A DNA stretch of 64,000 bases from Pseudomonadota bacterium (GTDB lineage: Bacteria > Myxococcota > JACRCW01 > JAFGSX01), in contig JBDRCO010000023.1 of the NCBI GenBank assembly GCA_043821645.1, forward strand, positions 32,001 through 96,000, read 5' to 3'. Shown here one piece after another: positions 1 through 11,200 of this stretch. Both the position numbers and the translations under genes were made by a program. The notes beneath the pieces were generated by a model, which saw only the letters and a program-made list of their open reading frames with translations, was not told the origin of the DNA and did no database searches. Each line of letters starts with the position of its first letter. Within the stretch, counting starts at the first letter, position 1.

Positions 1-211
1 GCAGAATGTGCTGGATACGCTGGTTCATCCACTCGTCGCGCGGGTCCGTCTCTCCGGGCTGCAGCGACGCGTCGCGAGACGGTGGCGGGCTCACCTCGAC
101 CTGGGTCGCGGTTTGGCGCGAGGCTTCCGGCTCGCAGGCCATGCAGGATTCACAGCTCGCGCTGGCGATGAGGACAGTGCCGGTGAGCAGGGCAAGGCAG
201 GCGCGCATCAT
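1..211 (-). CDS. Partial exported protein or lipoprotein (5' end only; runs off the window)
   Basis: My translation from ATG at 211: MMRACLALLTGTVLIASASCESCMACEPEASRQ..., open to the window edge, with a signal-peptide/lipobox-like N-terminus. Confidence 0.55.
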   Translation of the reverse strand, partial: MMRACLALLTGTVLIASASCESCMACEPEASRQTATQVEVSPPPSRDASLQPGETDPRDEWMNQRIQHIL

Positions 212-280
212 CTGCCAAGGATCGGTGCCATCAGGGGACCGGGTCAAGCGAAGGGTTCGACACCGGCGACGCGAACGGGA

Positions 281-2452
281 TCATTTGGCCGTCTTGCGGT
301 CGGCCAGTTCGTGGTCCGCACCCCAGCGTGCCAGCAGGAAGCACACGAAGCCCAGCCCGAGCAACATGAAGAAGCCCAGTCCCTGTCCCAGGCCACCCTC
401 GAACCAGTGCTGCGCCTCTTCAACCAGCTTACCCTCGGCGCTGACCGTGGCTTGCACGCCGACGCTGATCTTGGTGATGGGGTAGCCCACATCCTCGAGA
501 CGCATCACAGCCGTCAGGATGCCCTGGATGGCGGCGCCGGCGATCAAACCCGACGCGATCAAGATCCCCTGCTCCGAGCGCGACTTGCGCACCTCGTCGC
601 TGCCGCCGGTCTTGCCGATGATCCACGAGGCCACGGCACCGACCAGCACAGCCGAGTTGATGGCCATGGGCAGGTACATGCCCAGGCTGAAGGCAAGAGG
701 AGGCAGGCCGACCATGACCAGCATCAAGGCGACGAATCCGCCCAGGCCGTACAGGAAGTAGGGTTGCTCGCCGCCGGTCATCATGGCGTTGACGATGGGG
801 GCCAGCATGTTGGCCTGCGGTGCGGGCAGCACCTTGTCGTTCGACGTCAGCGGGCTGTTGGGGTCCAGCGGGTCCAGCGGGATGGCAAAGTGGTAGGCGC
901 TGTCCATCAACGGGATGATGATGGCCACGGTGGCCGCAGCGACAGCAATGCCGAGAAACTTCCAGAGTTGCTGGTTGCGCGGGGTGGCGCCGATCCAGTA
1001 GCCGATCTTGAAGTCCGAGATCAGCGCACCCGACGTCGACAGCGCGGTGCAGACGGCGCAGCCTATGACCACGGCGATGAAGATACCCGCCTGCCCGGAC
1101 AGACCGGCGAACACCATGGCCGCGCAGGCGATGATGATGGTGATCATGGTCATGCCCGACACCGGGTTGACACCCACGATGGCAATGGCCTCAGCCGCCA
1201 CAGGCGTGAACAGGAAGGACAGTGCGAAGCCAACCAGGCCGCCGACGACGGCGAAGATCAAGGACTGCCCGACGCTGTAACCGCCTCCCTCGCCGCCGTA
1301 GGTGGCGGTGATACCGAAGAACACCAGGGCCATCAGCACCGCACCGCCGAGCTGGAAGAGCATGACGTTGCCAGGCTTCATGTCGCGCTCGGTGCGGGGC
1401 ACGGCCGCGGAGCTGTCCTCGCCGCCCTTCTTCGAGAAGCTCTTGAAGCCCAGGGTGATGGACTTGAGGATGATCTTGCCCATCTTGATGATGCCGATGA
1501 AGCCGCTGATGGCGATGGCGCCAATGCCGATGGGCTTGACGAAGTTGCTGAAGATGGCGCCCGAGGACATGCCTCCGATGTCCCAGGTCTTGCCCATGAA
1601 CTGCATCTCGGGGTTCTGCGAGCCGACCAGGTACACGACCGGCAGGATGACCAGCGTCGACAGCACCGAACCCGCGGCGATGATGGCCGCGTAGCGCACG
1701 CCGATGATGTAACCCAGCCCGAACAGAGCGGCGATGGCGTTGATCTGCAGGTTGAGGCGGTACTTGTCGTACAGCGCGTCGCCGAAGCTGCCGAGCAGCA
1801 CGCTGGAGCTGAGCTCCGGATTCCACAGCCGCACGGCCTCGACCAGGAAGTCGAAGCTCATACCCAGCAAGAACGAGATGATCAGGATCTTGCCAGCGCT
1901 GGAACCTTGCGACTCACCCGCGACCAGGATCTCGGTTGTGGCCGTGGCCTCGGGAAAGGGCAGATCACCGTGGCGCTCGGCCACGAAGTACTTGCGCAGG
2001 GGGATGATCAGGACCGTGCCCAGACCGCCGCCCACCAGGCAGGCCAGGAAGATGACAATGAACACCTGCGAGGTACTTGGCGAGATGCCGTTGATGTAGA
2101 TCGCGGGTATCGTGAAGGCAGCGCCCGCCGCCACCACCCCCGAAGCCTGGCCTATGGACTGGACGATCACGTTCTCGAGGATGGTGCTTCGCGTCTTGCG
2201 TAGCTTGCCAAAGAAGATGGCCAGGATGGCGATGGGGATGGCCGCCTCGATGCCGTTACCGGCACGCAGGGCGATGTAGATGCAGGCCGCCGAGAACACG
2301 GCCACCAGGGCCACGGCGGTGGCCACCGACCACACGGTGACCTCGGCACGCATGTCCGATGCCGGCACGATGGGATGGTAGACCTCGCCCGGGTTGAGCT
2401 TGCGATAGGCGTTCTCGGGGAGGAGCTTGCTGTGCTGGGGTGCGTCGTGCAT
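281..2452 (-). CDS. Oligopeptide transporter, OPT family
   Basis: Many TM helices and OPT motifs (EAAIPIAIL, ILENVIVQSIG, LPFPEATA, NPVSGMT, SDFKIGYWIGATP, LPAPQA). Start placed at MHDAPQ, after a GGGAG RBS. Confidence 0.92.
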   Translation of the reverse strand: MHDAPQHSKLLPENAYRKLNPGEVYHPIVPASDMRAEVTVWSVATAVALVAVFSAACIYIALRAGNGIEAAIPIAILAIFFGKLRKTRSTILENVIVQSIGQASGVVAAGAAFTIPAIYINGISPSTSQVFIVIFLACLVGGGLGTVLIIPLRKYFVAERHGDLPFPEATATTEILVAGESQGSSAGKILIISFLLGMSFDFLVEAVRLWNPELSSSVLLGSFGDALYDKYRLNLQINAIAALFGLGYIIGVRYAAIIAAGSVLSTLVILPVVYLVGSQNPEMQFMGKTWDIGGMSSGAIFSNFVKPIGIGAIAISGFIGIIKMGKIILKSITLGFKSFSKKGGEDSSAAVPRTERDMKPGNVMLFQLGGAVLMALVFFGITATYGGEGGGYSVGQSLIFAVVGGLVGFALSFLFTPVAAEAIAIVGVNPVSGMTMITIIIACAAMVFAGLSGQAGIFIAVVIGCAVCTALSTSGALISDFKIGYWIGATPRNQQLWKFLGIAVAAATVAIIIPLMDSAYHFAIPLDPLDPNSPLTSNDKVLPAPQANMLAPIVNAMMTGGEQPYFLYGLGGFVALMLVMVGLPPLAFSLGMYLPMAINSAVLVGAVASWIIGKTGGSDEVRKSRSEQGILIASGLIAGAAIQGILTAVMRLEDVGYPITKISVGVQATVSAEGKLVEEAQHWFEGGLGQGLGFFMLLGLGFVCFLLARWGADHELADRKTAK

Positions 2453-2628
2453 GACCTGCGCTCCCGGTTCGTGGGTTATTTGCGGTGACGTGGCGCGTAC
2501 CAAACCACGAGGTCTGCACCGAGATCAACGGTCGTCGTCCGCAGCGGCTGACACACATCGGCGCGATCCGCGGGAAGCCAAAGCCCGGGTTCGTTCATCG
2601 TGTGCGGCGGTGCGAGGCGCGGAGGAGG

Positions 2629-4146
2629 TTAGAAAGCTGCGACCAGGGCACCGGGAGCAGAGCTGGTGTCCCCGTCGAGGTCGCGATCCTTGGTGATGAC
2701 GGGCGCCGGTCCGTACTCGTGCAGCAGGCGCTGTACAAAGCGCAGGTATTGCGGGTTCTGGCCGATCACGTTGACACCCAGACCCGACTGCGCGCGGGGG
2801 TCTGGCACCATGAGCTGGAATCGCACCACCTGGCCATGCACACGCACGGCGCGCTCGGCATAGGCGTCGGGGTCCAGCAGCTCGACGGTCACCCTGGTCC
2901 CCGGGGGCACCACGTCCGAGGTGCACACGAACAAGCCGCTGCTCGACAGGTTGCGCGTGGCGGCCTGTCGCATGGCCCCACTGGCACGCTCTGCATAGCG
3001 AAGAGCGACGCGGACGTTGACCCGGGGCGTGTCCCTCGCGATGCGGTCCTCCAGCACCTCGTGAAGGTCCGGAACCTCGGAACTGACGCTGAGCGCGCTG
3101 GCCGTGGGTGCCAGGTCCAGGTAGCGCCGCTGCGCCGACGTCAAGCCCTCGATGAGGGCGGATGGAACGTGCTCGGAATCTCGCTGGGCGACCCGGATCA
3201 GGGTCGCGAACAGGTGCGTGTACAGGGTCTGCCGCCGGACGCGCCGGACCATGCGCTGTACCCGCGCCACCAGCACGTCGACGCCCTCGATCAGACGCTC
3301 CACCACATCCTCGGCACCCGCCTCGATCGCGCGCAATGCCAGGGACACATCGCTGCCGTGAGACACCGCCAGCATTCCGCTCAGTGGAGCCTTGGCGTGC
3401 AGGATCTCGAGAAGCTCCAGCACGCCGGGGTCGTCGAGCCCCACCACCAGACCGCTGGGTAAAAGTGCCTGATCGAGACGCGCTGCGGCCTCGCTGCAGG
3501 TGCGCACATGCTCCACACTCAGGCCCTGGCTCTGCAGAGCATCCGAGGTCACTTCGGCCCGGGCGCCCACGGGCTCGACCAGCAGCACGTCGGGTCGTTC
3601 CTGGAACTGGGTCTTGAAGGCGAACAGCTCGTGGGCAATGACCGAGGCCGTCAGGCGATCCTCATCGGCACCATGAACGGCCTGGGTCAGGTCTCGCACC
3701 ATGCGCGTGTAGACCTGCTCGCTCAGCCGCTGATCCACGATGGCGCGCAGGCGTTGCACGAGCTGACGGAAGTTCGGAAAAGGCTTCTCGATGTAGTCCA
3801 CCGCGCCGGCTCGCAGGGCCGCGGTGATGCTCTCCACCGAGGGGTATCCGGTGATGAGCACGGCAGGGACATCGTGGCCAAGGTCCTGCAATTCGGCAAT
3901 GAGGTCGAGACCGGACATGCCCGGCAGATTCTTGTCCACCACCAGCAGGTCGTAGGCCGTCTCCTCGAGGCGCTGGCGAGCGCTCTCGGCAACGGCCGTG
4001 ACGTCGACGACGAAACCCTCGCGCACCAGCAACTGCTGCAGCACGCCACGGATCACAGGCTCGTCGTCCACCACCAGCACGCGCAGCTCGCGCGCCAGCA
4101 CGGCCCGGTAACTGGTCCACACCGATGCAAGTCGGTCGAGCAGCAT
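2629..4146 (-). CDS. Response regulator: REC + degenerate REC + PilZ
   Basis: REC1 has LVVDDE, VDKNLPGMSG, ITG and KPF. A second REC-like domain follows. C-terminal PilZ has RDTPR and NLSSSG. Confidence 0.85.
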   Translation of the reverse strand: MLLDRLASVWTSYRAVLARELRVLVVDDEPVIRGVLQQLLVREGFVVDVTAVAESARQRLEETAYDLLVVDKNLPGMSGLDLIAELQDLGHDVPAVLITGYPSVESITAALRAGAVDYIEKPFPNFRQLVQRLRAIVDQRLSEQVYTRMVRDLTQAVHGADEDRLTASVIAHELFAFKTQFQERPDVLLVEPVGARAEVTSDALQSQGLSVEHVRTCSEAAARLDQALLPSGLVVGLDDPGVLELLEILHAKAPLSGMLAVSHGSDVSLALRAIEAGAEDVVERLIEGVDVLVARVQRMVRRVRRQTLYTHLFATLIRVAQRDSEHVPSALIEGLTSAQRRYLDLAPTASALSVSSEVPDLHEVLEDRIARDTPRVNVRVALRYAERASGAMRQAATRNLSSSGLFVCTSDVVPPGTRVTVELLDPDAYAERAVRVHGQVVRFQLMVPDPRAQSGLGVNVIGQNPQYLRFVQRLLHEYGPAPVITKDRDLDGDTSSAPGALVAAF

Positions 4147-4459
4147 GTCAGTCTCCCCGTTCAGCGCAAGCCACGGATCGCGACGGGCGCCCGTGCCTGT
4201 GTGTCCCCAGCGGCATGACCCTCGCCCTATTCTTCATGGCACCGCTCTGCGGACCTGTCACCAGCGAACTGGCGGTTGTCCTAGACCACGCCAGGGAGCC
4301 CCTACGCAGGTTCGTTCTCCTATATACAGAGGGTCCTTTTTTGGCGCAGCGATGGCGGCACCCGACTCCCGCGCAGGGTCTCCAGGGCAACTTCGCGAAT
4401 CGACACGAGGTGTGGTTATCAGCAGGAGACGGGTATCTGGCTAAAGCATGCGCCGTCGC

Positions 4460-4819
4460 TCAACGCTTCCGTCCCCGCGTCAGCAACTGCAAGATGAGCT
4501 GGGCGCTGTACTTTGTCAGCTCGGTGAACACCACGGCCATCCCTGGCGGCTCGCGCTGGCCGGGAGGCACCACCCGCACCACCTCCCCCACGCCCTCGAT
4601 GCTCTCGAAGTCGTCGGCAATGACCGTGAACTTGAGATCCACCTTGGTGCCCACGGGCAGCGGGTCGTCGGTGCGAATGAAGGCGCCGGTGGCCGACAGG
4701 TTGCTCACGTACTCGGTGATGAACTCCTCGATGCTCTCGAACTCGCGATTGACCAGCAGGCGTTCATGTTGCCGGGTGGGTTGCAGGGGCTCTGTCATGG
4801 GGACTCCTGACGTTGTCAT
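4460..4819 (-). CDS. Stand-alone PilZ-domain protein (TIGR02266-like)
   Basis: RQHER...EFITEYVSNLSATGAFI...PVGTKVDLKF...GEVVRV...GMAVVF. Start at 4819 or 4798. Confidence 0.85.
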   Translation of the reverse strand: MTTSGVPMTEPLQPTRQHERLLVNREFESIEEFITEYVSNLSATGAFIRTDDPLPVGTKVDLKFTVIADDFESIEGVGEVVRVVPPGQREPPGMAVVFTELTKYSAQLILQLLTRGRKR

Positions 4820-4851
4820 GGGGGCCTCGGCAGCCCCCTTGGCGGCAGCAG

Positions 4852-6405
4852 CTACTCGGCCGCCACCGGTGCGGGGGCCTTCTCGGGCTCGTCGGTGGCC
4901 TCGATGCTGTACTGCTCGACGTGCAAGGCCTCGTCGCCACGCACGATCAGCTGCTTGCTGCTCCAGCCCTCGATCTCCTCGAGGACATCTCCCAGTTCGT
5001 CGCACAGGAAGGCCGAGACATCCGGATGACACACCGCAAGGAGGATGGGAGCCGGGGACTCGGCAACCTGGGCTCGCAGCTCGCGGACCACCTCGTAGGC
5101 AACGGTGGCACGGGAGCGAACGAAACCCCGACCGTCACAGTGCGGGCAGGGCTCGGTGAGGGACCGCAGCAAACTGTCTCGCACGCGCTGCCGGGTCATC
5201 TGCACCAGCCCCAGCTCGCTCATGCCCAGCACGTGAGTGCGCGCACGGTCCTGCTTGAGCGCTTCATTCAGGGCGTCCAGTACGCGCTGGCGGTTGGTCG
5301 CCTCTTCCATGTCGATGAAGTCGACCACGACGACGCCGCCGACATTGCGCAGGCGCAGCTGGTAGGCGATCTCGCGCACCGCCTCGAGGTTGGTGCGAGT
5401 GATGGTGTCCTCGAGGTTGCGCCGCCCCACGAATTTGCCGGTGTTGACATCGACCACCGTCAGCGCTTCGGCCTGATCCCACACCAGGTAGCCACCGCTC
5501 TTGAGCCAGACCTTGCGGCTGAGGGCGCGCGCCATCTCGGTTTCGACGCCATAAGCATCAAACAGGGGTGTGGCTCCGTCGTACAGCTCGATGGACTTCG
5601 TCAGCAGAGGCGCGAAGCCCTGGACAAAGCGGATCACGCGTTCGTAGGTTTCGCGATCGTCCACGATCAGACGGTCGATATCCGCAGTGAACAGGTCGCG
5701 GGTGGCCCGCAGCACCAGGTCGAGGTCGGGGTGCACCAGCGACGGGGCGCCTTGCTGTGCGGCCCGCCGCTGCACGTCGTGCCAGAGGTTGATCAGGAAC
5801 TCCATGTCCCCTTCGAGCTTGTCCTGGGGCACTCCCTCGCTCACGGTGCGCACCACGAAGCCCGAGTGGGGCGGCTTGAGGGTCTCGACGATGCCGCGCA
5901 GGCGCTCCCGCTCTTCCGGGTCGGTGATGCGGCGCGAGATCCCGACGTGCCCCACCGTCGGCATGAAGACGAGGAAGCGCCCCGGTAGCGAGATGTGGGT
6001 CGTGGCCCGAGCGCCCTTGGTGCCCATGGCTTCTTTGGCCACCTGCACCAGCAACTCCTGGTTCGCCCGGAGCAGATCCTCGATGTGCGCAGATCGCTTC
6101 TTGCCCTTGCTGGACCTGGGGGCAGCGTCCTCGGCGCCATCGCGTTCGCTGTCGTCCTCCTCGACCAGACCCGCGCCCCCCTCGATGACATCGTCGACAT
6201 AGAGAAAAGCGGCCTTCTCCAGGCCTATCTCGACGAACGCCGCCTGCATGCCCGGCAGGACGCGCTGCACGCGGCCCTTGTAGATGTTCCCCACCAGCCC
6301 ACGATCCCGACGTCGCTCGATCATCAGCTCGACCACGGTGCCGTTCTCGAGGAGGGCCACGCGGGTCTGCTCGGTGGTCGCATTGACGACGAGGGTGCTG
6401 GTCAT
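4852..6405 (-). CDS. rng: Ribonuclease G (Rne/Rng family)
   Basis: GNIYKGRVQRVLPGMQAAFV S1 domain, VVDVNTG, VVDFIDM and a CPHCDGRG Zn-link; no long RNase E tail. Confidence 0.95.
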   Translation of the reverse strand: MTSTLVVNATTEQTRVALLENGTVVELMIERRRDRGLVGNIYKGRVQRVLPGMQAAFVEIGLEKAAFLYVDDVIEGGAGLVEEDDSERDGAEDAAPRSSKGKKRSAHIEDLLRANQELLVQVAKEAMGTKGARATTHISLPGRFLVFMPTVGHVGISRRITDPEERERLRGIVETLKPPHSGFVVRTVSEGVPQDKLEGDMEFLINLWHDVQRRAAQQGAPSLVHPDLDLVLRATRDLFTADIDRLIVDDRETYERVIRFVQGFAPLLTKSIELYDGATPLFDAYGVETEMARALSRKVWLKSGGYLVWDQAEALTVVDVNTGKFVGRRNLEDTITRTNLEAVREIAYQLRLRNVGGVVVVDFIDMEEATNRQRVLDALNEALKQDRARTHVLGMSELGLVQMTRQRVRDSLLRSLTEPCPHCDGRGFVRSRATVAYEVVRELRAQVAESPAPILLAVCHPDVSAFLCDELGDVLEEIEGWSSKQLIVRGDEALHVEQYSIEATDEPEKAPAPVAAE

Positions 6406-6507
6406 GGGCAGAGGCTACGACGTCGAGGGCATCGCGTCCACTGGCGGAGTTGTCCTTGCCCAGGGTTGCCGGAATGACCGCCTCGGGGTAGATCTGAGGG
6501 CCTCACC

Positions 6508-8220
6508 ATGCGAGATGGGGGTCTCTTCATGCTGCGTTCAGTGCTCCTGGTGTCCGTGGTAGCAGCCACACTCGTCATCCCTCCCACGCTGCACGGCCAG
6601 CAGCCATCGGATTCCATGGCACCACCCATCGTCGTGGCAGAGCCACCCGCCGAGCCCTTCGCGGCCCCTGCTCCAGCGCCTGCGGGCAAGGTCGCCGTGA
6701 CGCCCTTGCGAGCCCCCGCCAGCCTCGGTGGAAACGCCCGCAGCCTGAGCGCTGGCCTGGCTCCACAGCTCAACCGCCTGGGGCACACTGCCGTCGACAC
6801 CGAGACCGTGGGCTTCGTGCTCGACCGTCTGGGCAACAAGGCCATTCTCGACTGCAGCGAGCCGTCCTGCTTGACCCAGATCGGCCAGGCCGTCGGCGCC
6901 GCCCAGGTTGTTCACGGCCAGCTCGAGGAGCTTGGCGAGGGTGTCCTGCTGACCCTGATACTGGCGGACACCGCCAGCGGCCGCGAACTGTCCCGACAGA
7001 CCGCCTTCTGGAAGGGCGACCGCGAGCAGCTTGGCCAGGTCAGCGAGCCTTACCTGCGTCGGCTGCTGGCCGGGGATGCGGCCAGCACCTTGCGCGGTGG
7101 GGTGGCTGTCACGGCACCGGCAGGTGCGCGGGTGCTGGTCGACGGCACCGAGCGCGGTCTAGCCCCTCTTTCTGGCGAGCTGAGCCTGGACAGCGGCGTG
7201 CACTCGCTCGAGGTGTTGCAGGCGGGACAGAAGACCTGGCGCAAGGAGATCATCGTGCGCGCCAGCTCGCATGAGACCGTGGTGGCCGTGCTGGTACCCG
7301 AGGCCAGCGTGGCCGTCGCCGTGGCGCCCCCTCCGCCGGTGGTCGAGACCGTACCGCCTACTCCGGTCCCCGCGCCCACGCCCGTGCCGGAGCCCTCCTC
7401 GGTGGCTCCCGTCGCCACTCCTGCCCCGGCGGCGGTCCAGGGCCCACAGCGCACCATCGCCCTGCTCGACCTGCGCAGCGACGAAGACACCAAGAACATG
7501 GCCAGCGCCTTGACCGTGGTGGTGGCGTCCGAGCTGGGCCGCACCCCCGGCTATCGCACGGTGTCGCGCAATGACCTCAAGTCGCTGCTGGCGCACCAGG
7601 CCAACGCGCAGCTTGTGGGCTGCTCCGAGGTGCAGTGTCTGTCGGACATCGCCAAGATGGCCGCGGCGGATCTGCTGGTGTCCGGCAGTGTGACCCGGGT
7701 CGAGGACGCCCACGTGCTGTCCCTCGAGCTCATCGACGCGGTGGAGGCCCGGGTGATCGAGCGCCAGGCCGCGACCTGGCGGGGCGATCCGGCGCGCATG
7801 GTCGAGCTGGCTCGCCCCTACGTCGACCGACTACTGGCCGGCCCCGCGGCGCAGTCCTTTGTCGGCAGCCTCGAGCTCATGGCGCCTGAGGGCGCCTCGA
7901 TCACCGTCGACAACGCGGTGCAGGGGAACGCTCCTCTGGGCCAACCTGTGGCCAACCTGGCCTCCGGCGTGCACGGCATCACCGTGGCCAAGCCGGGCTA
8001 CCTGACCGTCCGCGACGACGTGGTGGTGGTCCGCGGTGAAACCACGCTGGTGCAGGTCGACCTGGTCGACGAGAACGCGGACAAGCCCTGGTACAGCCGC
8101 TGGTGGGTGTGGGGCAGCATCGGTGGAGGACTGGCTCTGATTGGCGGCACAGCTGCTGCCATCGCCGTGGTCGCCGTGCTCACAAACACCCCCACCACCG
8201 TCGGCGTGAGCCAGCAGTGA
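6508..8220 (+). CDS. Exported PEGA-domain protein with two tandem (CsgG/TolB-N-like + PEGA) modules and a C-terminal membrane segment
   Basis: Signal peptide; duplicated CSExxCL...WxGD...PY..RLLAG followed by PEGA (APAGARVLVDG / APEGASITVD); ends PWYSRWWVWG plus a hydrophobic tail. Confidence 0.8.
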   Translation: MRDGGLFMLRSVLLVSVVAATLVIPPTLHGQQPSDSMAPPIVVAEPPAEPFAAPAPAPAGKVAVTPLRAPASLGGNARSLSAGLAPQLNRLGHTAVDTETVGFVLDRLGNKAILDCSEPSCLTQIGQAVGAAQVVHGQLEELGEGVLLTLILADTASGRELSRQTAFWKGDREQLGQVSEPYLRRLLAGDAASTLRGGVAVTAPAGARVLVDGTERGLAPLSGELSLDSGVHSLEVLQAGQKTWRKEIIVRASSHETVVAVLVPEASVAVAVAPPPPVVETVPPTPVPAPTPVPEPSSVAPVATPAPAAVQGPQRTIALLDLRSDEDTKNMASALTVVVASELGRTPGYRTVSRNDLKSLLAHQANAQLVGCSEVQCLSDIAKMAAADLLVSGSVTRVEDAHVLSLELIDAVEARVIERQAATWRGDPARMVELARPYVDRLLAGPAAQSFVGSLELMAPEGASITVDNAVQGNAPLGQPVANLASGVHGITVAKPGYLTVRDDVVVVRGETTLVQVDLVDENADKPWYSRWWVWGSIGGGLALIGGTAAAIAVVAVLTNTPTTVGVSQQ

Positions 8221-8243
8221 TGCGAAATACAGAGGGGATGAAG

Positions 8244-11200
8244 ATGAACAAGTTCTTTCAATTCACCTGTTGCTCGCTGCTCATCGCCGGGCTTGCCAGC
8301 TGCGGTGGAGGTTCGCGCTTCGAGTTGGTCTTTCCTGCCGAGCTGAAGCTCGGGGAACTCAAGCCGGCGCAAAAGAAGCTGCTGCGCGCCACCCTCGAGG
8401 TGGTGGGCCTGCCTGGCGGCGAGTCTGCCATGGAGTTGTCCGAGACCGGTGACGGCTTCAGCGCTGCGGGCTATTTCGAGCTGAACATCACCGAAGAGAC
8501 ACAGGGCACGCTGACCGTGCGCCTGTATGGCCGCATGGCCGAGGATGGCGCCGAGGTCCTGCTGGTACGCCTGGCGCAACCGGTGACGCTCAAGTCCGGC
8601 ACGCACAACAGCATCAGCATCGACAAGCCCTTTATCAGCGACGGTAGCCGCGTGTTCGACGCCAACCGCAATGGCCAGAGCAACCTCAAGGACATGCTGG
8701 CCGCGATAGACCCTGGGCCGCCGGCGCCCTACGTGGCCATTGCTCCGGACAATCTGCAGTTCTTCTCGGGCATCCGCCTGGGCGACTTCGAGCGCCGCAT
8801 CGTGCTGGTGCAGAACCTGACCGAGGACGTGGTGGAGTTCTCGGCCGAGCTATTCGATGCACCCGGGGTGCTGCTCGACCGCGTCAACCGTTCAGGCGAG
8901 GCCCAGCGCGAGGGCGCCCGCCGCAAGCTCGAGGGCCCGGAGTTCAAGCTTCCGCCGCGCGGTGCCGGCGTGTTCGCGGTGTCCTTCGCACCCCTGAACA
9001 CCTTCCTGAGCTGGGGCGCGGTGAACGTCACCGTGCGCAATACCCGTACCAACGTGGTGCAGCCTCAGCTGGTGACCATCATCGCCAATTCCGGCGGCGC
9101 CCTGCAGCCCGAGCTGCCTGGCTATGCGCCACCGGCGCTGCTGCCAACCGCCGACCTCGGCGGATTCCCACCGGACCGGGTGGCCCTGTACCCCGCCGAC
9201 CGCCTTTTCGATGGCCGCGAGTTCCTGGAGAGCACGGGCCAGGTGTCCTCGCTGGACCGCACGGGTCAGACGCTACGCTGGGGTGATGCGCCGGACCAGC
9301 AGCTGAGCGCGGACCGCGTGTTCCTGGTGGAGATCCCGGCCCGGCATCGCTTCTCGGCGACACTGACCAACCTTCGCAGCGACGTGGACCTGGCCGTGGT
9401 GCAGCTTGGCACCGACGACGGCATCCCGGCTTCGGCGACAGCGCAGCACTCGCGGACCATAGGCCCCGAGGCGGTGTCTCTGCCCAAGTCCGAGGACGCA
9501 CGACGGGTGCTGGTGGTGCTGACGCGAGCCGACGCCAGCGACAACGACGCGGAGCTCGATCGCTCAGCACCCTTCACGCTGTCGACGCACGTGGTGTCGG
9601 GCCCCGAGTTCGACGAGGACGCGCCCATCGACGACACCAACCCCGAGACTCCGGAGCTGGATACCACGGGGCCCCTGGCCGGCGGCATCCGCGTGGTCCT
9701 GCGCGGCCGCGGCTTCGAGACCGGCGCCCGGGTCACCTTCGCCAACGTGCCGGCCCTGGATGTCGAGGTCACGGCGAGCGGCACCGAGGTGCACTGCACC
9801 CTGCCCCCGGGTTCGCTCGAACTCGGTCGCAACCCGGCCACCGTGGTGGTGGCCAACCCGACCAGCGGCGTCGAAGGATACGGCCAGGCCGCGACCCTGC
9901 CCGAAGGCTTCACCTACCTGCCACCGGCCCCCGTGATCACGCAGATCACTCCGCTGCAGGGGCCCGCCACCGGCGGAACGCCAGTCACCATCAAGGGCGC
10001 TTTCTTCAGTGAGCGGCTGAGCGGGCCCGACGTGTTCTTCGGAGACGTCCGGGCCACCAACGTGCAGTTCGTCAGTCCCGCCGAGCTCTCGGTGGAGACG
10101 CCCGCCCTCGCCAGCGGCTCCGGAGCGGTCCCGGTAGTGGTCACCAACAGGCTGTCCGACACGAGTACCGCGAGCAGCAACGCGGTGACCTTCACCTACG
10201 CGGCGATCAGCGGACCGGCCCCCACCCTGCTGTCCATCGCGCCGAGCAGCGGTTCCGTCGACGGCAACACGCGAGTGGTGCTCAACGGCAGCAACTTCCT
10301 CAACGGCAGCACGGTGCGCTTCGGGACACGGGCCTCGTCGTCGGTGCAGGTACTGAGCCCCACCCAGATCGCGGCCTACTCGCCGCCGGCCAGCGCAGGC
10401 ACCGTCGACCTGGCCGTGATCAACCCTGACGGCCAGTTCGTGCGCTTGACGGCGGCGTTCACCTACACGGTGCTCCCGCCACTGGCTACCGGATTTTACC
10501 CGGCGCGCATCGCCAGGTACGCGGTGGGCTCGGGCGTGGCGAACCTGGTCGTGGTCGAGGGCAGCAACTTCCGCACCGACGTGCGCGCCGAGCTGTTCTC
10601 GGTGGCAGCGCCGTCCATGGACGGTGGCGCGGCCGTCGACGCCGGCAGCGGCACCCGGCTCGAGGTTTTCGTCGATCGCGTGTCCTCGTCGGAGCTATGG
10701 CTGCGGCCACCGCTGGATCTGGCCACCGGATACTACCGGGTCCGCGTCTACAACAGCGCGGGCCAGGAATCGTCGCCCCTGGGCATGCTGCAGATCGTTG
10801 ACCTCGGCGCCGATTCACAACCACGCCCGGTCGCCTCACACGTGCTGCCAGCCACCGCCGAGTACGGAGTGGCCACGCCCGTGGTCCTTTACGGTGCATC
10901 GTTTCGCACGCCGCGCGTCTACATCGGACGACAAGCCATTTCCGGCGTCACCACCGAATCCGGTGGCGGGTCTCTGAGCTTCACCATCCCGGCCCAGCAG
11001 CAGGATGGCGCGCGCCTGCTGCGCGTGGTCAACGCCGACGACCAGTACGCATGGCTGCCCTTCACCGTGGTGCGCGACAACAGCCTCGCGATCTACGGCA
11101 TACAGCCCGCGGCCGGCCTCTGCGATGAGGGCGGGGCTGTCGTCGTCCTCTCCGGTCAGAATTTTAACAACCCCACGGTGCACTTTGCCGGGGCACGCAT

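Noticed and set aside
8-2203. 731-aa plus-strand ORF and similar long ORFs (19533-21443, 21148-22902, 25992-27908, 46084-48060, 52276-54141, 56931-59858, 61795-63687)
   Set aside because: Each lies antisense to a better-supported gene and has no recognisable motifs; these are typical high-GC shadow ORFs.
4147-4459. 313-nt intergenic region with a TGGCAC...TGC sigma54-like string
   Set aside because: The spacing is off by one and it faces away from the downstream gene; no convincing RNA structure or ORF.
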